This document shows positions 8,064 to 15,561 of a stretch of 28,733 nucleotides of DNA, one piece after another. Where the stretch lies: IMG/VR virus record IMGVR_UViG_3300035136_000101; one strand, written 5' to 3'. The position numbers and the translations under genes were made by a program. Every line of letters starts with the position of its first letter. Within the stretch, counting starts at the first letter, position 1. The stretch is from a virus. The notes under the pieces were generated by a model that ran no database searches, was not told the origin of the DNA, and worked only from the letters and a program-made list of their open reading frames with translations.

Positions 8064-8883
8064 GATGAACGATGAAAAGGTTATCGATGATAAAATTGTA
8101 TTAGGTAAGACAAAAGGTCATGTTCTTGATATAGGGCCAGGTTGTATTACTATTGAGTTGCCAGCAGGATATATTCATGAGGATGGAGAGCTTCACGTGC
8201 ATGCTGTATTACGTGAGATGAAGGGACCAGAAGAAGAATTGTTGGCTAGTAAAGGTTCAATAGTTTCTAGATTGAATGTTATAATGGGGAATTGTTTAGA
8301 GCAAATAGGGTCTATTAGTGATAAGTCTTTATTAAGAAAGATAGCTTGTAATTTGATAGCTCAAGATAGGATGGCTATTCTTTTGGCTCTTCGTAGGATA
8401 TCACTTGGTGATTTTTATGATTGTACAGTTACATGTCCAGAGTGTAATGTGAGTCAGCATGTTACGGTAAATTTATCAGAAATTGAAATTTCACCAATGC
8501 CAAATAGGATGGAAAGAGAAATGATTAATACTCTTCCTAGTGGAAGAGAAATTAAATGGCATGTGATAAGGACAGAAGATGAAGAATGGCTTACAGAGCA
8601 GCGTAAAAGAAAAAGAGATAAAGAACTTTTAACATTACATTTATTGTCTCGTGTTGATTCGATTGATGATATTGAAGTAGATAGAAAGAATAAGTATAAA
8701 GAAGCTATTGATTTGTTGATGGATTTATCGATAAGGGATAGAGCTACTTTGAGAGATCTTTTTGATAAAAAAGAAGATAATATAGATACGTTGGTGCAGT
8801 TTATGTGTGAGAGGTGTGGACATGAATGGGAAGGTAAGTTGGATGTTGGTCAGCCAAGTTTTTTCTTCCCATCGGTCAAATAG
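8056..8883 (+). CDS. hypothetical protein with two CxxC…CxxC zinc-ribbon motifs (275 aa)
   Basis: CTVTCPECN and CERCGHEW motifs are present. The gene is translationally coupled to the RHH gene. I recognise no family. Confidence 0.5.
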   Translation: MNEMNDEKVIDDKIVLGKTKGHVLDIGPGCITIELPAGYIHEDGELHVHAVLREMKGPEEELLASKGSIVSRLNVIMGNCLEQIGSISDKSLLRKIACNLIAQDRMAILLALRRISLGDFYDCTVTCPECNVSQHVTVNLSEIEISPMPNRMEREMINTLPSGREIKWHVIRTEDEEWLTEQRKRKRDKELLTLHLLSRVDSIDDIEVDRKNKYKEAIDLLMDLSIRDRATLRDLFDKKEDNIDTLVQFMCERCGHEWEGKLDVGQPSFFFPSVK

Positions 8884-9065
8884 GTGTCCTTGAGGATGAA
8901 ATATTTTATTTAATGGAAAGACAAGGACAGAGTTATTTGACCATTATGAATATGCCATATTCAAGAAGAAAGCGGTTTGTAGAAAAAAAATCTTCATTAG
9001 ATAGGTCTGCTATGAATGTTAAAAAGAATCAACAAAATTATAGCAGACCAAGACGAAGAAGGTAA

Positions 9066-9079
9066 CGAACTCGAGTTCG
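9066..9079. repeat. palindrome CGAACTCGAGTTCG (copy 2), 12 nt upstream of the tape-measure ATG
   Basis: Read directly from the sequence. It is a perfect 14-bp palindrome. Confidence 0.9.
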
Positions 9080-9090
9080 CGAGGTAAATT

Positions 9091-12075
9091 ATGGGTTTTC
9101 TTGGTATGTCATTAGAATTATCAGCTATTGATGATGGTATGAAATCAGCCATAGGGAAAGCAAGTGATTTACTTAATAATATAAATGAAATGATTCATGA
9201 CCAATTTAATGCGATAAGGAAGATAAAAAAAGAGGATTTTTTTAAAGGTATAAAAAGTGGTGCACAACAAGCTATTAAATCTATTAAGGATTTAAGTTTT
9301 GATTTTAAGTCGTTTTCTAATTTATTAGATAAGGTTGGAAAAAAATCATATGAGGTTTGGAAAAAGTTTGGAGATGGAATAAAAAAAGTTTCAGATGATT
9401 CTAAGAAACATATTGATAGTATGATGAAGCGTGTAACGCAGTTTAATATTGCTAATATGGCTTCAAATATGAAAACACTTACAGGGGAGACTGGTAATTT
9501 AACTAATAGTTTAGAAGCAACAATGACTAGTTTAATTCAAACGACAAAACCAATTGCTGCAACATTAGATTTATCAGGAAAGGAGATGAAGAAGTTTGCA
9601 GGTCAAGCGGCAAGTATGGCTTATAGTATGAATACATCGGCTGATGCTGTTGCAGAAACAATGAGATCAATTCATATAGCTAATAAGGGGGCAACAGAGG
9701 CTATGAATGAATTGGGATTGTCTACAAAAGATTGGGTTAAAGTTGTTCAAACAACTAATGTTCCTATGTCTGAATATACGGCTATTCTTGGTGATATGAC
9801 AACAAGTTGGCAAGCTTCACCAAAAGAGGCCGCTAATATGATTGACAGCCTTATGGCAATAGGAAAGGCTGCTGGAACTGGAACTGGTGCTGTAAAGAAT
9901 GCAAAAGTTCAGTTGGATGAATTAGGGGAAGTTTTTAAAACTTTGCCTCCTTCTATGGCAAGAACTTCTGATGAGATAATGAGCTTAATGCAATCATCAG
10001 CTAGAATGTCTGGTGTATTTAGAGAGATGGGAGATACGCAAGAAGAAGCTATAACAAAGGCAAATACTGTAGCAAGGATGTTTGCTGAACAGGATGTTGC
10101 TATTAGAAAAGCTTTAAATATTGGTGATGAACGTGCTCTTATGGATAATCCATTGCTTAAGTATCTTATGAGACTTGGTATTGGATTTGATTCGGCCAGA
10201 AAGATTATTGAAACTGGTAGTCGTGATGTAGTTGCTGGTATGAAGATGGTTAATAATGTTTATGCACGTTTTGGAACTGATGTGTCTCCACAGGTTCAAA
10301 GAGCTTTATCTGGATTAAGTGGTGCTCTTGGGGAAGGAGCTGCTGGATTATCATATTTGGCGACTAATACAAAACAAGGAACTGCTGCATTAGATAAAAT
10401 GGCAAATATGTCTGTTGTAGGTTCTGGAGCATTAAAGAAATTTGGAAAAGATGCATATAGTTCCGGGTTAACCTTACAAGAAACGTATGATAGAGCAAAA
10501 GAGTCATTTGATACAACTATTAGAAGTATATCCAGAGGAGATGTTAGAGGATTAGTTAGAAAACAGATAGAAGGAATGCGTCAAGCTGGTAAGGAATTAA
10601 AAAAACTTGGTTCTGATGAGACTTGGGGACCATGGATAAATGCTTTATCAAGATTTAGACAAATGGGTGTAGGTGGTATATTTTCAAGTGTTGCAGAGTC
10701 TACTGGCGTTGGTGCTGAAAATGCTGCTAAATTTGGTACCAAAGCAGGATTAATATTTGATACGGTAAGTCAACTTGGGGGTGAAATTGCTCCATTAATG
10801 CATTTATTTGGTATGACTGGTCCGCTAGGTCCATTGATTGCTATGGGAGGGTTAGGTGCATTGTTGGCTATGGATGAAGCTACTAGTAAGAAAATTTTAG
10901 GGTCATTTTATGATACATTTGCATCTTTAAAAAAGATGCTTCTTGGTGTTTGGGATGTATTTACTGATAAATTTGTTAGTATTTGGGATAATACAATAGC
11001 TCCAAAAATATCAGAAATTTGGAGTGAAATGTTATTGCCATATCTTGAGGAAACTACTCCAAGGATAGGAAAAGTATTTTTAGATGCATTCAAGTGGGCG
11101 TGGGATGCATTTTGGAGGGGAGATATGGAACAAGCACTTCTTGATGCAGAGAGGTTGAAAAAAACGGGTGTTTCTGGTCTTAGTGATAGAAAACTTGAAG
11201 AAATGTCTAAACGGAATGAAAAGGTTATAGAAGAAGAAACTAAAAATATAAATAGTCTTAAAACACTTACCATGGGAATGGGTGGTATTTCTGGTGGGTA
11301 TGCTCTTATGTATGCACCTGAGAGTAGGAAAATTGAAAAGGTTGAAGAATCTCAAAAAGCAATAGAGAGACAAAAAAAGTTTAGGAGAGATTTGGAAAAA
11401 TATGGGGCACCAAAGGCTGATATATTCACAGATGTAGCAGGTGTTTTTAGCGATTGGTCGGAAGGTGCAAAAAGTGGTGGAACAACTACTGGTGATTCAT
11501 TTGTTGAAGGAATTACAGATTCTTTGAAGAAGGGAAAAGATGTAGTTGATAAAAATGCAGGTTACGTAGCAGAAGGTGTGATATCTGAATCTCCAATTAA
11601 ATCTGGACCATTGGCTGGAGAGAAGGAAAATAATGCTGCATATCGTGGTGGTTATTTTACAATGGAGCAATTTGCTTTAGGTATTACTGATAGTACTGAT
11701 ATGATTAAGAGAGCAATTGAAGATACTCTTGCTGATTCTGTTATACTTACTATAGATACATATGCTGAAAAAATGAGAGATCTTGCTGAACAAAAGATGT
11801 TTTTAGCATCTGTTGCTAAAGCAATGGTAAAAGATTTAGGTGGAAATATAGAAACATCTATTGATTCCGAATCTGATATAAATGTGAAAAAGAATTTTGA
11901 AGCTGCTATGAATTTACCTGGTCTTGCTAGTGTTGTTTTGGCTGTTTCAAATGAAGGTGCTCAAACAAGGAAATTATTAAAACGTATTTTAGAAGAAAAT
12001 ATACGTCAAACCAGTGTAATGAGTGGCGGTGTGAGTATTTCTGTGACAGGAACTACTACTCCACCACCAAGTTGA
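9091..12075 (+). CDS. tail tape measure protein-like (994 aa)
   Basis: A long, helical, Ala/Met/Lys/Gly-rich protein with a hydrophobic Gly-rich segment (PLMHLFGMTGPLGPLIAMGGLGALLAM). It sits between the chaperone-like genes and the baseplate hub, with a GAGGT RBS. Confidence 0.65.
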   Translation: MGFLGMSLELSAIDDGMKSAIGKASDLLNNINEMIHDQFNAIRKIKKEDFFKGIKSGAQQAIKSIKDLSFDFKSFSNLLDKVGKKSYEVWKKFGDGIKKVSDDSKKHIDSMMKRVTQFNIANMASNMKTLTGETGNLTNSLEATMTSLIQTTKPIAATLDLSGKEMKKFAGQAASMAYSMNTSADAVAETMRSIHIANKGATEAMNELGLSTKDWVKVVQTTNVPMSEYTAILGDMTTSWQASPKEAANMIDSLMAIGKAAGTGTGAVKNAKVQLDELGEVFKTLPPSMARTSDEIMSLMQSSARMSGVFREMGDTQEEAITKANTVARMFAEQDVAIRKALNIGDERALMDNPLLKYLMRLGIGFDSARKIIETGSRDVVAGMKMVNNVYARFGTDVSPQVQRALSGLSGALGEGAAGLSYLATNTKQGTAALDKMANMSVVGSGALKKFGKDAYSSGLTLQETYDRAKESFDTTIRSISRGDVRGLVRKQIEGMRQAGKELKKLGSDETWGPWINALSRFRQMGVGGIFSSVAESTGVGAENAAKFGTKAGLIFDTVSQLGGEIAPLMHLFGMTGPLGPLIAMGGLGALLAMDEATSKKILGSFYDTFASLKKMLLGVWDVFTDKFVSIWDNTIAPKISEIWSEMLLPYLEETTPRIGKVFLDAFKWAWDAFWRGDMEQALLDAERLKKTGVSGLSDRKLEEMSKRNEKVIEEETKNINSLKTLTMGMGGISGGYALMYAPESRKIEKVEESQKAIERQKKFRRDLEKYGAPKADIFTDVAGVFSDWSEGAKSGGTTTGDSFVEGITDSLKKGKDVVDKNAGYVAEGVISESPIKSGPLAGEKENNAAYRGGYFTMEQFALGITDSTDMIKRAIEDTLADSVILTIDTYAEKMRDLAEQKMFLASVAKAMVKDLGGNIETSIDSESDINVKKNFEAAMNLPGLASVVLAVSNEGAQTRKLLKRILEENIRQTSVMSGGVSISVTGTTTPPPS

Positions 12076-12083
12076 GATATAAA

Positions 12084-12473
12084 ATGAGTATTGGAACAGA
12101 CCCAAATCCAAAGAAGAATTTATTGAGAGCTAGTACATTTTCTTATATGAATTTTATGCCTGAGCAGTTGATTTATGATAAGGAAAAGAATAATTTGATT
12201 AGATTTAGATCTATGTTTGAAATGCCTAATTGGGATGGTGTGGAGGATGGAGAATTTAGTTATGTTATTAGTGGGCAAAATGAACGTTTGGATAAAATAG
12301 CTGCTAAATTTTGGGGAATTGATAGACAGGAACTTTATTGGGTAATTGCAGCAAGAAACAATTTGGATCTTCCAGATGTTCAACTTTATCAAGGTAGGAC
12401 AATAAAAATTCCATCTAAAAGTTGGATAGATACATATTTGTTACCTCAAACACAGAATTATATTGAAAGATGA
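12084..12473 (+). CDS. LysM-domain tail protein (gpX / XkdP-like)
   Basis: The C-terminal YVISGQNERLDKIAAKFWGIDRQELYWVIAARNNLDLPDVQLYQGRTIKIPS fits a LysM fold. I place the start at ATG 12084 rather than the track's TTG at 12072. The gene overlaps the next by ATGA. Confidence 0.7.
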   Translation: MSIGTDPNPKKNLLRASTFSYMNFMPEQLIYDKEKNNLIRFRSMFEMPNWDGVEDGEFSYVISGQNERLDKIAAKFWGIDRQELYWVIAARNNLDLPDVQLYQGRTIKIPSKSWIDTYLLPQTQNYIER

Positions 12474-13798
12474 CAGTTAGATTTATAGATCCTGTTGCAC
12501 AAGTAATAATCAAAGACCATGAAAGTGGTGAGGAATGGCATTGGGGGTCTCCATCACATCCTTTTTTGACTTCTCTGACTATGATATGGGAAGGTGATAT
12601 GGTTATAACTGGCATAGTTATAGGTGTAGATATGCCTTATGATTATGCTATGACTGCGCTTGATGCATCAAAAACGCCATTTAAGAAAGATAATCTTGTG
12701 AGAGTTAGAATGGGATATGCATCAGGGGAATGGACAGAATGGGCTCATGGTGTATTAGCTGTTGGAGGAAAAGGATTATCAATAGGACCAGATGGTTTAT
12801 CTGGTAATTTAGAAGTTAGTCATGTACCGATGAAGCTATCGGGATATACAGTTTCGAAAGATATCTTGAAGAATGCTGGCTATGATGTTGAAAAATTATT
12901 AAAATTACTAGGGGAAGAGATAGGTTGCGAAGTTGATATAACATCAAATGCTTTATCAAATATGAATGCATGGAAACTTGCTGAACCAAGAACGATTTCT
13001 TATAAAGAAAAGGCTAATTTCTATGCTGGTCTTGAAGGTATGAGTATTTGGCAAATTTTTAGAACTGTTTGTAAAGATAATGATTGTTCATTTTTTATTA
13101 AGAAATATAAGGGTGAGAAGACAATAATTGTTCATACTGAAAAAGATATAACGAGTGGTAATTTGAATGAAACTGATTATGTAAATAAATATGTAATAAG
13201 AGGTATTGTAGACCCTTTAAATAATCAATATCCTTGTTTTGGATTTACACCTAAATCTGATGAGGCAGTGTGGTTGAGTAGGATACCTAGTTCTGCGTCA
13301 GCAGGAACAAATGGTAGGGGAATAGATTCTGAGACTGCTGAAGATGTTGAATATGATGTTAGGTCTGAAGACCAAGAAGATGCAAGAGATGGTAAAGTTG
13401 AGAATACTGAGCCACAAGATATAAAAACATCTGATGGATATGAAAAATATATAGCTGATGCTTTTAAAAATGATGGTTCTCTTGGAACTTTTATGAGTGC
13501 ACCAATTTTACCATATGGAACAGAAATTTTTAAAAATCAGGTTAGAAAATTTCAACGTCAAGGTGATCCTGGTATGCATATGGAAATAAACAGTATTGGT
13601 GTTCCTAGTGAAATGGTTGGTAATCTTTGTCAGTTGTGGGGTGCTGGTGTGTTATTTAATGGTACGTTTTGTATAGAGAAGATGGTTCATTCGTGGAGTC
13701 CTGGTTCATGGGAAATGCGATTGAATGTTTATAGACGTGGATATAAGGCTGTGTCTGGAGAGCAGAAAGAATCTTCTGGAGGTCAGCTTCCAAAATGA
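12470..13798 (+). CDS. baseplate hub protein (gpD / XkdQ / gp27-like)
   Basis: Sits between the LysM protein and the spike. The blocks LVRVRMGYASGEWTEWAHGVLAVGG and MSIWQIFRTVCKDNDCSFFIKKY are compatible with the gpD family. It overlaps both neighbours by ATGA. Confidence 0.5.
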   Translation: MTVRFIDPVAQVIIKDHESGEEWHWGSPSHPFLTSLTMIWEGDMVITGIVIGVDMPYDYAMTALDASKTPFKKDNLVRVRMGYASGEWTEWAHGVLAVGGKGLSIGPDGLSGNLEVSHVPMKLSGYTVSKDILKNAGYDVEKLLKLLGEEIGCEVDITSNALSNMNAWKLAEPRTISYKEKANFYAGLEGMSIWQIFRTVCKDNDCSFFIKKYKGEKTIIVHTEKDITSGNLNETDYVNKYVIRGIVDPLNNQYPCFGFTPKSDEAVWLSRIPSSASAGTNGRGIDSETAEDVEYDVRSEDQEDARDGKVENTEPQDIKTSDGYEKYIADAFKNDGSLGTFMSAPILPYGTEIFKNQVRKFQRQGDPGMHMEINSIGVPSEMVGNLCQLWGAGVLFNGTFCIEKMVHSWSPGSWEMRLNVYRRGYKAVSGEQKESSGGQLPK

Positions 13799-14745
13799 AA
13801 TGGATTGAATGGCTTAGGGATTATCTTGCAGATGTTACGCATGGTCTAGAGAGGTTCTGCGGTAGATATTATGGTAGTTATTTAGGAAGGGTAATTGATA
13901 TAGCAGACCCTGATAACAGGGGAAGGATAAGAGCTACATGTCCAGCTATAAATATGCCAAAGGCTGAAGATGTTCCAGGTGGATATTGGATATTACCATG
14001 TATGCCAGGGTTAGGAGAGGATTCTGATGGAAAAATGACTGGTATATTTCATCCTCCTGAAGAAGGTTCCCTTGTATGGATTCAGTTTGAATTTGGTGAT
14101 CCAAGAAAACCTTTATATATGGGAGGATTTTTAACAACTAGAAATACTTCCGATACATTTTTTTCTGATGATGCTGAAAAAAAAGGGCCATCAAAGAGAG
14201 GTATAAGAACAAAAGCTGGTCATTTTTTGAGGTTCAATGATGATCCAGATAAGTTGGAAATTACAATTGCTAGAGGAGATGGTGAAGGAGAGTCAACATC
14301 TCAATTTATAAGTATGACAACAGAAGGTCATACACTGATAACGAATAGTAATGGGTCTTCATTATATATGAATGCTGAAGATAATGAAACTACACTTCAG
14401 ACATTGGATTCTAATGGAAATGTATTATCGATGCTTTTTCTAGGTGATGACAAGATTACTTTGACTACAAAGTCAGGTGGTGCAATAGGTATAGATGGGA
14501 AAGATATTGTGTTAACAGGGGATAATGTTGTTGCAGATGCAAATAAACAATTTTCTGCAAATGCTGGTACTGTAATGCTTGGAAAAGGTGCATCTGAGCC
14601 AGCAATTAGGGGCAATAAGTTTGCTATTGGTTGGGGAATTATGCATCAGCATACTTCTACTGCTCCAGGAAGCCCTACAACACCAGGTGCAACACCTCCT
14701 GTGATGCTTTATAGAGAATTAAGTGAGAATGTTTTTATATCATGA
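13795..14745 (+). CDS. baseplate spike (gpV / VgrG-like OB-fold plus a beta-helical C-terminus)
   Basis: GRVIDIADPDNRGRIRATCP…GGYWILPCMPGLGEDSDGKMTGIFHPPEEGSLVWIQFEFGDPRKPLYMGG matches the Phage_base_V consensus. The C-terminal repetitive beta-strand region (…LITNSNGSSLYMNAEDNETTLQTLDSNGNVL…) is typical of a spike. Confidence 0.75.
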   Translation: MKWIEWLRDYLADVTHGLERFCGRYYGSYLGRVIDIADPDNRGRIRATCPAINMPKAEDVPGGYWILPCMPGLGEDSDGKMTGIFHPPEEGSLVWIQFEFGDPRKPLYMGGFLTTRNTSDTFFSDDAEKKGPSKRGIRTKAGHFLRFNDDPDKLEITIARGDGEGESTSQFISMTTEGHTLITNSNGSSLYMNAEDNETTLQTLDSNGNVLSMLFLGDDKITLTTKSGGAIGIDGKDIVLTGDNVVADANKQFSANAGTVMLGKGASEPAIRGNKFAIGWGIMHQHTSTAPGSPTTPGATPPVMLYRELSENVFIS

Positions 14746-15095
14746 GTAAATGTAAAATTGCATTATTACCTGTTCCTGGATTAGCGATACCTATTCCACA
14801 ACCACCATTTAGTATGCCGTCAAGGCCAAAGATACCTGGGATTCCAAAGACTCCTAATATACCTGGAATAAGTATTGAGGTTAAAATTCCAAAGTTAGCG
14901 ATACCTATACCGCAACCACCATTTAGTATGCCGGCAATACCTAAGATACCTAGGATTCCCGGTAAAGTACCTGGTATTGCGATTAGGGATTTTTCTGTTA
15001 AATTGGCAGTTCCTATACCACAACCACCATTTAGTATGCCAGCAAGGCCAAAGATACCTAATGTTCCTAAATTGCCAAGATGTCCTTTGGATTAA
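14742..15095 (+). CDS. proline-rich three-repeat protein at the PAAR/spike-tip position (non-canonical)
   Basis: 117 aa with three tandem repeats of LA(I/V)PIPQPPFSMP(S/A)xPKIP at 38/36-aa spacing. It overlaps the spike gene by ATGA and lies immediately upstream of the gp25-like gene. The other two forward frames are closed. Confidence 0.5.
   Translation: MSKCKIALLPVPGLAIPIPQPPFSMPSRPKIPGIPKTPNIPGISIEVKIPKLAIPIPQPPFSMPAIPKIPRIPGKVPGIAIRDFSVKLAVPIPQPPFSMPARPKIPNVPKLPRCPLD
14781..15060 (+). repeat. three in-frame tandem direct repeats (114 and 108 nt) inside the Pro-rich gene
   Basis: The core gcgatacctat(t/a)cc(a/g)caaccaccatttagtatgcc recurs at 14784, 14898 and 15006. Confidence 0.8.
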
Positions 15096-15098
15096 TTG

Positions 15099-15112
15099 CG
15101 AACTCGAGTTCG
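15099..15112. repeat. palindrome CGAACTCGAGTTCG (copy 3), in the intergenic gap before the gp25-like gene
   Basis: Read directly from the sequence. It shares the extended flank CGAACTCGAGTTCGTTG with copy 1. Confidence 0.9.
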
Positions 15113-15131
15113 TTGTGATAGGGTATAGAAT

Positions 15132-15560
15132 ATGAGTATTGTTAATACGGTTCCTTCTGCAAAAGATTTGGATATTATTAAGACGTTCAAGTTTCCATTT
15201 CAAATTGGTGCTGTTGGTTTTCCAGAAATGGAAGATCCAACAAAATATAGTTTTGCAAATATTGTAGCATTGCTTTTGACTGGTGTTGGAGAGAGGGTGA
15301 TGAATGTTGGCCTTGGGGTGAATGTTCATGATTTTTTGTTTTCAAATATGACACCTATTCAACAGGTTCGTCTTTCAAGTATGGTATCTACTGCTATAGA
15401 AACATTTATACCATGGGTTAATGTTATAAGTGTAATTCCTAGTCAATTGAAGTATGATGATGGTATTGGTTCTAAAATAACGTTTGATATTACGTATTCT
15501 GTTGGAGGACAGGACAGTACTCAACAAATAATTTATCCACCAACTGTACAAGGGTATTAA
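15132..15560 (+). CDS. baseplate wedge protein (gp25 / GPW-like)
   Basis: ANIVALLLTGVGERVMNVGLGVNVHDFLFSNM matches the GPW/gp25 core (iL.T..GeR…fG…l…lF). An AGGGT RBS is present. Confidence 0.75.
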   Translation: MSIVNTVPSAKDLDIIKTFKFPFQIGAVGFPEMEDPTKYSFANIVALLLTGVGERVMNVGLGVNVHDFLFSNMTPIQQVRLSSMVSTAIETFIPWVNVISVIPSQLKYDDGIGSKITFDITYSVGGQDSTQQIIYPPTVQGY

Positions 15561-15561
15561 A

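Noticed and set aside
10114-11373. Three minus-strand ORFs antisense to the tape-measure gene.
   Set aside because: They are nested antisense within a continuous 994-aa CDS, and their translations are low-complexity.
12072-12083. A TTG start for the LysM gene, as given in the ORF track (MRYK…).
   Set aside because: TTG at 12072 overlaps the tape-measure stop. An in-frame ATG at 12084 with upstream purine-rich sequence is the more conventional start.
14781-15060. Considered whether the three tandem repeats could be a CRISPR-like array.
   Set aside because: The repeats are in-frame and codon-phase preserving inside a coupled ORF. The segments between the repeat cores are also homologous rather than unique spacers, and there is no leader or cas context.
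14742-15095. Calling this gene a canonical PAAR-domain protein.
   Set aside because: No PAAR motif or conserved His/Cys zinc ligands are visible. Only the position and three-fold repeat architecture are PAAR-like, so it is reported as a hypothesis.
14895-15329. A 144-aa minus-strand ORF rich in Trp/Arg antisense to the Pro-rich and gp25-like genes.
   Set aside because: It is the antisense reading of the CCA/CCT-rich tandem repeats, which gives TGG = Trp. The plus-strand genes have operon context, overlaps and family support.
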